64,000 nucleotides of DNA from positions 24,933,730 to 24,997,729 of the forward strand of contig OZ316895.1 of NCBI GenBank assembly GCA_973895155.1, in the 5' to 3' direction. Position numbers and translations under genes: made by a program. The notes below the pieces were generated by a model, which saw nothing but the letters and a program-made list of their open reading frames with translations, was not told where the DNA came from and did no database searches. Shown here one piece after another: positions 40,199 to 53,539 of the stretch. How positions within the stretch are numbered: position 1 is the first letter of the stretch; each line of letters begins with the position of its first letter. Origin of the DNA: Marsupella aquatica. Its lineage: Eukaryota > Plantae > Marchantiophyta.

Positions 40199-40909
40199 CT
40201 GCAAAATTGTCAAATTGCATTTTTGTGTCAGTACTAATCAAATTGTTTTCCAAACTTTTTAAATAAAACTGTTACACTATTAAATATAGTAAATATTTAT
40301 TACCAATCAGAATTTTGATTAAAAAATTAATATAAACTTGTAATAATATAATATTTTTTAGTTACTTAAATCCATAATGTCTATTATATTAATAATTTTT
40401 TTAAAAATGATTGAAAAAAATAGATATTATGTTACTTACTTGAGTGGGTTGTGGAAATGTCATTTTTTGGATTTTTGAAGAATAAAACTTGTAGAAAAAT
40501 ACACGGTCAATGTGTCTGCACAGATCTCATTGAAATATGAATTGCAAAGATTAGATAGAAACTCCAACTCCCCGGCTCACCTCAACCTTGCTCTAGTAGA
40601 AGCACCAATTGAGGTTTTTCAATGTAACGTTGCACCACACATATAAATTGGACCTATTGCACCCACCAGAATGTAATTTCAAAATGTGGGGAGAAGTCCA
40701 TGCCTCTTGAAGTCCAGGTCATCAAACTCAATGACGAGATATAATTATTTCTCACTATAGATGCACAACATCCTGCAATGTAGAAGAAGGACAAAACCTC
40801 AGATCAATGATCAATAAAAATTGAACTATAGCCCTCAAGACTAGTCATTTTTTCTTGAAGCCTTAATTTACACACAATGAGAACCTAGTTTCCCCTGAAT
40901 ATGGCAAGC

Positions 40910-41545
40910 ATTTCTCAGCCTTATCTCGGGACAGATTGAAGGCAGCTTCCGACCACGAAAGTCAACAAAACTGCCTATGAGCCATCCGTACCTATAAAGA
41001 TCCGCCATATATAGACCCTCTTCACAGCTTTATAGAATCACTCATTGTCGGAACACACAAGTCAATCTGCACCGATCTGCCTACTACCGCAGCCACAATA
41101 GTGTGCTAGAATTCACCGTGAAGTACTGGATTGGCTCCACTCTAATTCGTGCCTTACTCGAGACATGAGAAACGGAAAAATTGACGCGTCTAGTTTCGTC
41201 TCACCTTGTTTAAGTAAGCAATGTTGACAACCGGGTCGAGAAGGTACCGGAGGAATGCATCCAATGTGAAGGAGTGCTTCGCTTTCATCAATATCGTATT
41301 CTCGTGAGCCATCTGCTCATTGATGATCTTCTCGGCATCACCCAATGTAACCTCGGTTTCACCTTGCTCTGCGTTCAGAAACTCTTTTAACTTCGCCGGG
41401 ACAATGACATCATTCTCTGCATACTTACGCATGCGATCAAATTGCCTCTTTGCTAATTGAACCATTGTCCATCAATCTCTCCTCCTATACAAGCTCGGAG
41501 GATCCATCTCTATCCTGCCCACAGGACTCTAGGGGGAGGCACAAC
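40910..41545 (+). repeat. Segment duplicated at 63399-63995
   Basis: CAGCCTTATCT.GGGACAGATTGAAGGCAGCTTCCGACCACG ... GACTCTAGGGGGAGGCACAACA is colinear in both places, with several indels. Confidence 0.93.
41205..41450 (-). pseudogene. Phosphoinositide phospholipase C, EF-hand-like exon fragment
   Basis: KYAENDVIVPAKLKEFLNAEQGETEVTLGDAEKIINEQ...FTLDAFLRYLLDPVVN ends at the donor AAG|GTGAGA. It matches the plant PI-PLC N-terminal EF-hand pattern; X/Y domains are absent. Confidence 0.8.
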
Positions 41546-43073
41546 AGAATGGAGGGAAGATATTACATTCGAACTAGAGAAGGGAGAACTCACCACAAGG
41601 ATCTGTTGGCAGCAGCAGTCGATACAAAGCAGCAGTCGATACAAAGTCGATCTAACCAGACGAGCGACAAGTACACATGTTAGAGACTCCTCGATGAAGC
41701 TCAAGACGACAAGACTGGTAACAAGCCCAATTGAAAAACTCAAGCTGCGATAGTCCAACGAGAAGCAAAACGATGAAGAAATGAAGGCGGGACCCCACGA
41801 GCCAGAGAATGGTGATGCCAGGCGGGGCTGTTCAGTGGTGATTGAGCTCCCGCGTCGGCATGCATCCCTTCTATCTCTCAAGTGCTGCCGGTGGTTTGTT
41901 GCCCCCCAATGATCTGCGAAGGCGATGAGACTCTGAGCATCGGTTGCTTGAGTCTACAGGAATGAATGGTTTGCTTAAGAGGTCACGTGTAAAGTCAATA
42001 CTGTGCTGAGCTTTGGAAAATTTGGCGGAGTAGTTAGGGATCGCGATGCTGTTGGGTCACTGAGACTTGTCGGAGTAATGTTGTAGCAAGCCAATGTGAT
42101 TAGAACTTGATACCGATGATAGACGGATGCTATGGTACAGAACCTTAGCCGATTTGAGCAGGGGAAAGACATGATACTTCGGTAGGAGGTGCGCCACTAA
42201 AGTATACAGGACAGTACAACAACTCGCAGTGACCCCATGCCTACCTACTATCAAACAAGCCCGAGGTAGTCAGCAGCTTTGGATGCTGAGCCAAAGGGAG
42301 CAACAGCAGGCAAAGACTGACATAATACTAAAGCTGATTTGATCCACCTGGCTGCTCAGTCGGTGCACATTCATTCGAGCTGCAATTCGAAAGTGCGGGG
42401 GCAAGGAGGAAAAGGGGCTACAGCTGTACAGTGCCGGATCAAATGGGCAATGGGGACAGTTCGATAAACAGCTGGGACAAGCAGGTGCTACGGGGCCGGA
42501 CCCAGAGGGCAGAGTTCCCATCTGGGACAAAGCATGCTCACATAAGTGCAAGATTTGCATAGCTTGGAATCAAGCCTCAGTATGTAGCCGCTCTGTCAGC
42601 TTTCTTGGGGCCTGATCAAGGTTGGTTCACACTAGGACTGCCACGACGTAAGTTTGCACTCTGGACAGTAGCTCTGGGAACAAGGAGCTGTGCTTGGCTG
42701 GAGCACCAGAGCGATTGTGATGCCATCGGCTATCTCTAGGTGAGAGAAACAATCACGTCCTGTCATAAATGTCCCCCCGGGAAAGAAAGGGCAACTTTCA
42801 GCACTATGGTTCTGTACTAGGACCTGCTACAAATTTACAAAAATAGTTAACCTCCGCTGATCATTATTCCGCTTTTGATGGGCTGATACAAACCACTGTC
42901 GTTGAATTGGCCTCCAAACAGGACCTACAACGTTGTTTTGTCATCACTGCTACATCGCGATCGGCCTTCACTAGATATCCCTTCCAATTTGTTCTAGATG
43001 CTAATTAATCATCGACGCTGAGTTTTGCGAGGCTGAGCTTTGCCAACGATTAGGAGTAGATAATGTACGGCAG

Positions 43074-43233
43074 ATGCTCAAACTTGCTCGGAAGTTTGCA
43101 GCAACTAAATTTGAAGAGGAAACCGAGAAGCTCTTCAGGGAACACTTTGACATCCTGAAGACTAATGTGTTTGATGTTTTGGAAGGACTTCATTATGATT
43201 CGGAAGGCTCACATGATGGTGAAGTCGTTTCAG
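43074..43233 (+). pseudogene. Probable isolated exon of an unidentified host gene
   Basis: Bounded by CAG| and |GT, with a protein-like translation (LKLARKFAATKFEEETEKLFREHFDILKTNVFDVLEGL). Family not recognised. Confidence 0.3.
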
Positions 43234-43417
43234 GTCAAAAATCATTTGTGGATCTTTGTCAACTCACTCATTCACAATCCGTCATTCGACTCTCAAACCA
43301 GAGAGATCTTGACATCTCGTCAGGGCAGCTTCGGGTCAAAATGTGAACTATCGCCAGAGTTCTCGAAGAAAGATGAAGCGCTTCCGATTGCAGCTCAAAA
43401 GGCAGCAGCAGAGACAA

Positions 43418-43455
43418 GGAGAGGAGAGGAGAGGAGAGGAGAGGAGAGGAGAGAG
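43418..43455. repeat. (GAGAG)n microsatellite
   Basis: About 7 GAGAG units read directly. Confidence 0.9.
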
Positions 43456-44071
43456 GCATTCAATCCATTCCAATCGTCGTTGGGTATCAAACGCCTGTTG
43501 CTGCCCAATTGTTTATTCTAAGCTCAGCTTTGCTGGGTCCAACATTATTCGGAGTGACAGATTAGGGTCTATGGCATCACCACTGCAATCACCTTGGTAG
43601 ACATTGACATCCAAGTAGGAGCAGCCTGGTGGAAACGAGGCCGACAGAAAGTGCCTTAGGGCCCCTGTCCATATGTCGGGTAGTGGTAGCTTCACATCAA
43701 AAAGCAATATGTAGGGACTTTGAAGGAAGAAGAATCGCAGCAACTCACTCATTGCTCTGATTCATTTGAGAGATTTCGTTCATTCCTTGAAAGATGCTTG
43801 TTTAATTGGGTCGATACTCACTGAAAAGCACAAGCGTTATGATCAGTCTTCTTCCATTCTAGCACAATTTAGACTTGACCAATTAGCGGTAGGTTAGTTA
43901 TAATAGAAAAGGGCCTTACTGACATCAGATTCCATGTGTGCTCTGTGAAGCTCGTGTCCAGTGGTCATGTGGGCCCGTCTAAGTAGAAACATACAATTTC
44001 TCAGGCTATTATACTATATAACCCTAACCCACTCAGATCGGTGATTTACTAAATGTTTGCAATGTTTGATG

Positions 44072-44295
44072 TGTATCCCCCACCACAAATTCATGGATCT
44101 TGTTATGAACTTCGATCCAGCTACGTCCAGGCTCCTTCCGAACACCTCTCTGTTGCATCATAGTGCGCACAGATGACACCTTCTTCCACTTCCCAGCTGC
44201 AGCATAGATATTGGAGAGCAGCACATATGTATAGGGCTTACCGGGTTCCAACTTGAAAAGCTTGTTAGCGGCCAGTTCACCCAGCTCCACGTTTG
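44072..44295 (-). pseudogene. E/E+ domain fragment of a PLS-class PPR (RNA-editing factor) gene
   Basis: NVELGELAANKLFKLEP..YVLLSNIYAAAGKW..VRTMMQQRGVRKEPGRSWIEVHNKIHEFVVGD. No PPR tract or DYW domain attached. Confidence 0.93.
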
Positions 44296-44632
44296 AAACT
44301 GCAGAGTTCAGCAGCAAAACCGTGGGCGTGACAGGAGACAGTTAATTCGTGAGCAAAGGATGCGAGTTGCTCATAACGGCTGCACAATACATGGTTTGAA
44401 AATGTCGCTAGATTTCGGTCTTCCCACGCGCAGTACAAAGGAGAGCAGCGCCACAGCAGCTTGTTGCCAATTCTGCAGCTGATGAGGGATCATTTGATCC
44501 AATCATGAGAGAGTCATCAACAAACGCAGAAATGGCGCTCTTGAGGAAATCACGTCCTATTGCTCGGAGGTCTCCGTATTCACCTATTTCACAGCATTGT
44601 AAAAACGTCCGGGCAGCGACTGGAGGCTAGCT

Positions 44633-47415
44633 ATGGGTTTCATGTCTGGTGCATTTACTTCTTGGCGGAGTGGCAAGCACAGGGGCAGTGCCGCTCATCA
44701 GCGACGATGTAATGGCTCTGCTTGTTTTCAAGCGATCCCAACTCGGTGCTTAGTTCTTGGAATGACAACGACTCCAACCCATGCAAGTGGAACGGAGTTA
44801 TCTGCAGACCGAGCAGTGGCAGAGTCACACAGTTGAATCTGGTAGGACTCTCTCTTTTGGGGTCAATCGGGAGAGCTCTGCTGAAGCTAGACTAGCTGGA
44901 GAGTGTCAACTTGGCTTATAACAACTTCTCCGGCATCATCAACCCAGAGCTTGCCCAGATTCCAAAGCTGGGATCGATGAACTTTAGTCACAACGCCCTC
45001 AGCGGTACCATACCGTCTGAATTTGGCAATGCTGGAAGCCTCTACTCCCTTGATCTGTCCAATAATGGTCTCTCGGGACCACTCCCTCCGCAGATCTTTT
45101 CAAACGATTGCCAGAGCTTGCGGTACATCTCTGTGGCTAATAACCGGCTTAAGGGCCCGATACCTCTCTCTGTTGGCTCTTGCTTGGAACTGCAGGAACT
45201 GAACTTCTCTTCTAATTCTTTCTCTGGCAGGTTTGCAAACTATGGACCTTTCCTACAATTCTCTCTCAAGCCAAATTCCAGTGGGTGTTGGTTTCTTGAC
45301 CAATCTGACTTCCCTGAGTCTCCAGGGAAATGGCTTTTCAGGGCAAGTCCCCTCAGAGCTTGGCAACTGTGGGCTCCTGCAGGAACTCGTTCTGAACTCG
45401 AACCACTTCTCTGGCGAGCTGCCACTCCAGCTGGGCAACTTGAGGTTTCTCTCCGTACTTTGACTTGGGTTGGAACTATTTATCCGGTAGCATCCCGTCT
45501 TGGCTCTTCAACATGATATGTTTGACATCGCTCAATTTGGCTGGGAACCAATTTGGAGGCCAGATCCCTTCGTCTTTCCGGTCCCTGCAGACGCTGGAGA
45601 CCATCGACCTCAGTTGGAATAACCTCACTGGGAACATTCCCCTCAAGCTGACTACTCTTCCGCGGGTGATCCGTCTGTCCAACAATTTCTTCACTGGAGG
45701 TGTTCCCGATTACTCTTCAAATGGCGGCTGTCAAAATCTACAGTGGCTGGACCTATCTCACAATGGCCTTTCCGGTGCTGTTCCCCCCAATCTTTCGTCC
45801 TGCTCCAGCCTCCACTATTTGAGCTTATCCGGAAACATGCTAGCGTCGTATGTTCCAATTGACTTCGATTCTCTGTCTTTTCTGGCTGTCCTTGACCTCA
45901 GCGACAACTATGTGATCGGCACCATTCCCGCCAGCTTAGGAAACGCTCCTTCAACTCGAATATTGCGGCTTAATGGCAATTTTCTCAATGGCTCCTTGCC
46001 AGGCGAGCTTGGCAATGCGACTTCTCTTGTAGACTTGAATATTGCTCAAAACAATTTGACAGGACCGATTCCGAACGAATTAGGCCGGCTCGTAAACCTG
46101 GAGTTTCTGGACCTCTCGATCAATTTCTTTACGGGACAGATACCAGACGATCTGGGCCAACTGCAAAATCTTCAAGCGATAAATGTCTCTCATAATCAAT
46201 TGCAGGGTCCTATACCCACTGGTGGTGTCTTTAATCATACGAACACCTCTGTGTTTGACCAGGATACGGGGCTCTGTGGATCAGCTATCAACCTCTCGTG
46301 TTCAACATTTCCCAACCCACTCATCATAAATCCAAACGACCCGAATTCACAGCCAGGAGGCCTCTCTCCCCTGTTCAAGAGCAAGAGAAGTCAGACTATA
46401 TTGAGCGTCTCGGCTATTACGTCTATTTCGGCTGCAGCGGCTATTGCTTTGGGAGTGATTATGGTCACTCTATTAAACATGTACACCCAGACGAGGCGCA
46501 GGTTGAATGTCTGCACCGTCGACAGCGATCCTCAATCTCCAAATACCGCTGAGATGGCAATGGGGAAATTGGTGATGTTCACTCGGAAAAGTGACCCCAA
46601 GTCGGATTACTGGATGACAAGCACACACGCAATATTCAACAAAGACTGTGAGATTGGCAGGGGCGGTTTTGGAACCGTGTTCAAAGCCGTTTTGGCGCAT
46701 GGCGAGACTGTTGCTATGAAGAAGCTGATGGTGGGGAGGCTTGTTAAGACCCGCGACGATTTTGAAAAGGTCGTTCATATGCTCGGAAATGTTAGGCACC
46801 CACATCTTGTAAGCTTGCAAGGCTATTACTGGACAGAGAAACTACAGCTTCTGGTCTATGACTACCTCCAGAATGGTAACTTGTACAGCCAACTGCACGA
46901 AAGGCGAGAAGATGAGCCCCCATTGAGCTGGCGCGTGAGATTTAAAGATTGCCCTAGGTACAGCTAACGGGCTTGCTCACCTTCACCATGGATGTACCCC
47001 ACAACTCATACATTACGACATTACGATGTGAAATCCCAATATTCTACTCGATGAAGAGTACGAGGCACGTCTATCAGATTACTCTCTCGCCAAGCTTCTA
47101 CCAAAGCTGGACTCCTACGTGATGAGCAGTAAAATGCAGAGTGCCTTGGGCTATATGGCACCAGAGTTTGCATGTCAAAGCCTGAAAATTACAGAGAAGT
47201 GCGATGTGTATGGGTTTGGAGTTTTGCTACTGGAGCTTGTTACAGGAAGACGGCCCGTAGAGTATATGGAAGATGATGTTGTAATATTGTGTGATTTTGT
47301 TTGTGCTCTGCTGGACGAAGGTCGGGTCCTTTTCTGTGTTGACCCGAAGCTTCGCCTTTTCCCTGAAGACGAAGTTCTTCCCATCATCAAACTTGGTCTT
47401 ATTTGCACATCACAA
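44633..47415 (+). pseudogene. LRR receptor-like kinase (IRK/PXC2-like), several frameshifts and stops, 3' end replaced
   Basis: LRRNT (DDVMALLVFK..SSWNDND..PCKWNGVIC), many LxxLDLSxNxLxGxIP repeats, TM ILSVSAITSISAAAAIALGVIMVTLLN, and kinase motifs EIGRGGFGTVFK, SALGYMAPEFACQSLKITEKCDVYGFG. Homology ends at LGLICTSQ. Confidence 0.95.
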
Positions 47416-47950
47416 AGCCCTAAACGGTTTAAGGTGATGTGCAAATAAGCGGCGTAAGGTGCCTGCAATGTTTTTCTCTAATAGGATAGGTAAACCAATT
47501 GTGAATTCATCCCCGCCAAGCAATGGATTGGGTCTCCTGAATGGAAATATTGCTGGACCTACAAATAGATGGACCCCGAGTAGTCCAGGCATTCCAAGGG
47601 CGGACGTCCTAGAGGCTCGTAAGCGACCACAACAAGCAGATGTTTCTTTCGGTCATGTAAATGGAATCTCTGATAAACCAACCGTGAAGAAGAATGGCAG
47701 CAGTAGACTAGGATCTGTGAATGGGAATGCTGAACTAGTAGATAGGAATGAAGAGCAATTGCATGAAACAGAGAGCAAGAGCTTAGAGAAAGTAGCAGTT
47801 GAGGATAATGCATCATTTTACAGAGCTCCTGATAATAGTACGTCAGAGGAAGTTGACAAACCAGTCAGAGTGGAAGGTGACATGTGTGCATCTACCACCG
47901 GAGTGGTCCGCCTTCAATCGAGAAAGAAGGCAGAGATGTTCCTGGTACGA
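47416..47950 (+). pseudogene. NADK2: Internal fragment of chloroplast NAD kinase 2
   Basis: Ends in VEGDMCASTTGVVRLQSRKKAEMFLVR, the conserved segment that precedes the kinase domain of plant NADK2. The kinase domain is absent. The 5' limit is approximate. Confidence 0.82.
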
Positions 47951-48089
47951 AAGTATAGACTACTTGAAAACCATCCTGAAAGTGAAGAATTCACAAAAAA
48001 ATTGCTGTAATATAACATACTCGACACCCCCTAACACTTGACGTGCATTTTCTGAAATGACAGAGATAAGACTTGTCTTGTCAGCATGG

Positions 48090-49344
48090 GTTCTCTACGA
48101 GGGACCAGAGAATGTACGCTAAGGTGAAAGTGTTGGCAGTTCGCCTCTTTGCCAGGCTTGGTAACTCATCTGTGCTTTCTCTGCAAGCTTTTGAGGTCAG
48201 TACTGTGCCCAGACTAAACTTCTCGGGGACATGGCAGGGCTACGTTTCTTGTTTTGGTTACCATACTTCAGCTTTGGTGAGATTGGAACCGGTTCAGCTG
48301 GGTTAGGTCTTTGTGTAGTTTGGATTGTTGTGATGTGCGACCTCACGGATGTTAAAAGAATTTGCCTTCTTTGCTTTGCAAGGTGTACTTTAGAGTGGCT
48401 CACGTGGAAAATTGTAATATGTAAGTGATGGAAAGAAAGGTGCTAAGTTCGACGTTCCGACCTGCAGATGGGAAGGTGCATATTGCTAAGATACCCTCTT
48501 GATGAGATTGTAACACTATGCTCGTATCTCTCACAATGCTTGCCGCTGGGTCCAGTGTTATTATGGGGAACCAGGTACAACTCGCCTCTCCCATATAGCA
48601 CGATTTTCCGTTATACTCTTCCAATTGAGCCACATTGACAATTTGTAAGGCTAAGCTTCACTAAAATACGTCCTGGTACTTTCAGGTGGATGTCCTACCT
48701 ACTTATATTGCCGGTGACCCTTGAATGAATGTCCGTGCTGTAGCTCTGAAATGTTTAAGCAAGTTGGTCCCACAAGTATTCTGCGGTATAGAAGCTAGCG
48801 ACAATATCTTCGAGGGAGTTTTTGCAGTTGTGCAAGATATGACTGTACCATCAACTTTGCATACACTTGCACTTCGAGTTATTCAGAAGGTATTTGTAGT
48901 TGTGACGCATAGTTGTCGATCAAGAAATTCAGGAACTCATACAAAATGTTTTGTGCAGCCCCTTGTCAAGATTGTATCCTGTTCATAACTGCAATTTGCA
49001 GAATTATGTTATGATCCAATGTCTCCAGAAATGTGTCCTTTGGCGCAACTTTCCAAATTGGCTCCTTAAGTTACTTAACTACGTTTTGTCCTGACATCAT
49101 TTCAGCTGTTTCATCAACACTGGAGTTCGCACATCTACTTCGAATCATCTCATGGATAGAATTGGCTGCCTTCTGTGATGTTTGGCCGGTTATCGCACAG
49201 GCACTGTCACTTTTAGTCGATGAGTCCGCGATATCAAGAAACTTAAATTGCAGAGTGGGCCTTCAGATCACTGGGCAGAATTTGATGGAGTTAAGCACGC
49301 GAGTATGCTTTCTTTTGTGTGATCAAGCGTCTGTAACTGGTTAA
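48090..49344 (+). pseudogene. Multi-exon fragment resembling Integrator subunit 7
   Basis: Spliceable exons: ..KVKVLAVRLFARLGNSSVLSLQAFE|GT; ..YPLDEIV/MLVSLTMLAAGSSVIMGNQ|GT; AG|VDVLPTYIAGDP*MNVRAVALKCLSKL..ALRVIQK|GT (probable CGA>TGA in DPR). Similarity to INTS7 is from recollection only. Confidence 0.55.
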
Positions 49345-50844
49345 GTTGCAAGGAGATCCTGAGAAATGTAGATTTTAATTACGCAGACATTAATTGACGA
49401 GCTACACGTACTGGATGAATCAGTGGACACTTTTGACAGACTTGCTTACGCTGCGCCATTGAACTTAGCCATAAGGACGTTCGATCTAGCCTCTCTATGA
49501 CTATTTTATGCCGGTGAAGCCAATTATCACAGATTTCTTTAGATCACCTCGGAATGAAATCGGAATGAAATCTTCAACTGAAATCGGACTCCGCAGCCAT
49601 GTGGATCGGGGTTGCGAGCTTGTAGGTTTCGTCATGCGAGGTAACAAGGTCGGTGGCTGGATCGGATGGCACCCTAAACGCTCCCAAGAGAATAATTGAA
49701 GTCTTGTTTACTGGTAGCCTTACATGATTGGATAGACTGCCTAAGAGTCAGAGTTAGATTTTTGGGATACCTTGAAGGTAGGTAGTTCGCTACTCATGGG
49801 AGGAGCCACTTACGAATTGAACAACTATCAGAGGAAACGCAAGCAATTGTCTTCTAACTTAATGATGGAGTTGCAAAACGTCGGATTGCTCACATCTTGT
49901 TGTCGATGGTCACCAAACCAACAAAGTAAAGCAGCTAGAGAAGCTTACCGGGGGAGTGGAACATACCGTTTTAAAGTCTGGAAACTTCAGCCATGACAAT
50001 CTTAAGGCTCTACGTACAATAACTGCATTGTAACTTCGCGGTCTTCACTAGCCAGCAAGAAGCTGCGGAGGTCTAATGGAAATCCAAATTGGTTCTCAAA
50101 GAGCATCGACGTCGGGAGTCGAGTTGTACATGGTATCTCACGGAGCACCGAACAAGAAGCAATGATATATATCCCACAGGTTTGATGGCAAGAGCAGTGC
50201 GAATACTAGCCTGTAATCATTCGTGGGAATATTTTCACTATATTTATTGGACTGAGCATCAATTCCGCTTCTCTCTCATTGGTACATATTTCTGTACAAA
50301 CTTCTTTAGGAAGACTTCCCATCGCCGAAAAGTCAAGAACGCATTCTTGATTGGCTTCAGATCAATTGCAGGTGCGAAAACTTACAAAGAGAAATCAATG
50401 TGGACCATCATTTTCTCGATGTTTTTCAACTTGAGTTGTATTTTCCTTAGATGGGGAAGGTGGCGACTCAAAGTTCACACCCACCACGGCCAATTATTTC
50501 TCAAATACCAGGAATTCATAAGTTAGAGAGGAGAAGTCTTATAACCCTGTCCCAGTGTATGCTTTTCCTAGGCTTAGTTGGTAGGACAATTATTTGGGCC
50601 TTTAGTCTAACCAAACATAGATCAACCACAATAATTTCCAATGCTGCCAAAACAGAGACAGTTACTCCTTTGTTTACAGTCTAGCTTTTGGAGGGAGTCC
50701 ATCATAGGTTTCCAAATTTATTCTCTCAGATTCTTAATCTTATCTTAACCTCTATAATATTCAATCCAGCCAAAAAGAGTACTATGTGGTCCATATACAA
50801 ACTAGCTTTTTGGAGTGAATCCATGATATCCTTCTCATTTGTTC

Positions 50845-51140
50845 TCTACAATTCATATGAGTCCATTTCTAAGTATGCGGAGGCCTCTCAAGTGTAATGA
50901 GTACAATTCATATGAGTCCATTTGATAGAGTGAATTATCTGAAAATGGGGCAGGCTATAAACTAAAGCAAATGTATAAGAGTATGTGGCTCAAGTGTAGC
51001 TAGTAGATTTCATATGAGTCCATTTGATAGAGTGAATTATCTGAAAATGGGGGCAAGCTATAAACCAAAGCAAATGTTTATTAAGAGTACTTGTCTCAAG
51101 AGTAGACAGTTAGTACAATTCATATGAGTACATTTGATAG
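50845..51140. repeat. Tandem repeats with CATATGAGTCCATTT core (~110-bp unit plus partial units)
   Basis: TTCATATGAGT(C/A)CATTT occurs near 50852, 50907, 51009 and 51119. Confidence 0.85.
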
Positions 51141-51942
51141 TGGTACAGGATGTGCAAGTTATATAGGTACAGCCTACACTTAATCAGATAGGTATAGCAT
51201 GATGGCTAGGGATGGAGAAAGGCGGATGACCAAAGTGAGTTATTTTTTTTCATTTTTGGAAAGGTTTTCCCTCTTTCCATATTAATGTTTTTTAGGAGGT
51301 GGGGAGACAGTTTTTGGAACGTTTGTTGCCATTTTGTGTTTTTTAAGAGGTCATATTTGTTTTTTGGTTGGTGATTGTGTGGTGGGGCTTTTCTTCCTTT
51401 GGGGAAGGAAGCTTGGTTGGTTGTTGCATGTATGGAGGCCAATGGTGGTTATTTATCAGTCTTGGCCCCTCTTGACTCTCTTCAATCCCTCTTAAATACC
51501 TGTCCTACCCTTTCTCCCTCTCCCCTTCCTTTCCCAGGCCTCTCCACACTGGCCAGACCGTGGCAGCGCCTAACTGCCCGATGAACTGCCCACACCTCCA
51601 CCCATGACCGACTCCATGGCCATCAGACCCCACCCTGTGTGTCTTCTTCCCTTATTTCACCCTTTTGCTCTCCTTTGCTCTCCTTTTGCCCACCTTCACT
51701 TCGCAACTCCTCCATGGGCGTGTCTAACATCACAAGTCCTCTTAATTTAAATTGTTGAGGCAATCTGTACATATCTTCTCCGCACAGCCTCGGGGGTCTC
51801 ACTATATGGGGACCTCCCCATCACCTGCGATGTTTTTAGGCCTTGGACCCCCTAAAATGAAAGTTTAAAAAAATAAAATTAACCCCTATAAAGATGGAAT
51901 ATTCCAAAAATTGGATTCAAAAGACCCTACTGTTCTTCTACA

Positions 51943-52986
51943 ATTTTTTTTTAAGTGTTCATACACCACTAGCATTCATGGCGACTCACTTGTAATGCCG
52001 CACTCCCATAACATTTCCAATTAAAGTCTTTTGCAGCTATAACATTCATGTTGAAACCATTGGACTCCGTTACCATCAAAAGTGTCACCATTCAATTAGG
52101 TTCGTGAGAAATACAAAGGAAACAAAGCTTGGTCAATGCTTCTAGAATTCCCGTACCAGCCTTCAATCTGGTTCCTTAATGTGCTTGTCACCTTCAAATT
52201 CCCTTCTGCATTATTGTTGGGTTGGTATTTTTGTCGGGAAGCATTCATTTGGCCTTTGAGAATTCCCGTCGCTGGCCTTCAATGTGGTCCTTTACAGTGC
52301 TCGCCATCTCCAAATTCCCTTCTACGTCTTGAATCTTGCGTTGCTTGGATGGTGTACTGACGTCGTCAATAATTGCAGCAAGTGATGGATTAGAGTCATT
52401 GTCGGATGCAGTCTTTGAGCGAAGGCGTTTCCGAATGGTTACGTTTTTTATGCTTACTGGTGGTTTAGGGTCCTGAATCTTGCGTCGCTTGGATGGCGTA
52501 CTGACGTCGTCAATAATTGCAGCAAGTGATGGATTCGAGTCATTGTCGGATGCAGTCTTTGAGCGAAGGCGTTTTCGAATGGTTGCATTTTTTATGCTTA
52601 CTGGTGGCAGTGGCATGGTTTCAGGCCGAGTTTGTAGTGATGGAGCTTGTCTTCTGTACAACATCCATGGTTGCGGTATTCATGCCTTGCTACTCACCTC
52701 CATCTGTGTTGCAACTCCATTCAGACACTCCTAGGACCCAAATCACCTTCAGTGTCCAACCCACCATACAAGACTCTTATGTAAAGGCTGTGTCTCACAT
52801 GCGATGCATGGTATGTCTCCAAGTTTCAGCATATGGACTCCCACAACATTTCCGGTTAAAGTGGAGGCTCCCATAACATTTCCGGTTAAACCGTAGACTC
52901 CCATAGCTTTCATGTTGAAACCTTTAAACTCCGTTAGCATCAAATGTGTCACCATTCAATTTTGGACGTGGGAAATGAGATACAAA
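51943..52986 (+). repeat. Older, diverged partial copy of the long-repeat head (equivalent to 6571-7476) with an internal 144-bp duplication
   Basis: Colinear with 6571-7476 but with more substitutions. Duplicated units start at 52327 and 52471. Confidence 0.92.
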
Positions 52987-53174
52987 TTAAAGAAGACCAG
53001 GCTTCCTGATTAGAACTAATTCACTCTGTACAGTTGTGATATATTATTTACTTTCTAGACTCAATGCTAATCCACACTCGGGTCTATACCCGATCCGCCT
53101 CAAACTCTTGGGCCCGTAATGCCAGGTGTTGTAATTCAGCTTCCTCCCGTTGTTGCTGCTCCTCAGCCTACGCC

Positions 53175-53539
53175 TGTATATATCTTCTCTGCACAGCGCG
53201 TGCAATGAGGCCTGTACATATATATACATTTTCGTGCAGCCTGTACATATCTTCTCCTCACTGCGCGTGCAATGAGGCCGGTCTTCTGGCCATTTCAGGG
53301 AGCCTAGTGCACGGTCTCCTACATGCACTGCACGGTCTTGACGTTTCAACATTTGGACTCCCACAACATTATTATTAAAGCCTTTAAACTCCGCTAGTAT
53401 TGATTAGGGTTACTTACGGCTGGTTACCGTAGGCTCCCATAACATTATTTTTGAAGTATTCATACACCACTAGCATTCATGGTGGCTCACTTGTAATCCC
53501 GCACTCCCATAACATTTCCAATTAAAGTCTTTTGCAGCT
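53175..53539 (+). repeat. Second diverged partial copy of the long-repeat head (equivalent to 6357-6663)
   Basis: Runs from TGTATATATCTTCTCTGCACAGCGCGTGCAATGAGGCC (internally repeated) to CTTTTGCAGCT, where homology stops. Confidence 0.9.

Noticed and set aside
53105-53125. GGCCCGTAATGCC as an inverted repeat of the left terminus
   Set aside because: Only about 11 matching bases with gaps, no extension, and not at a junction.
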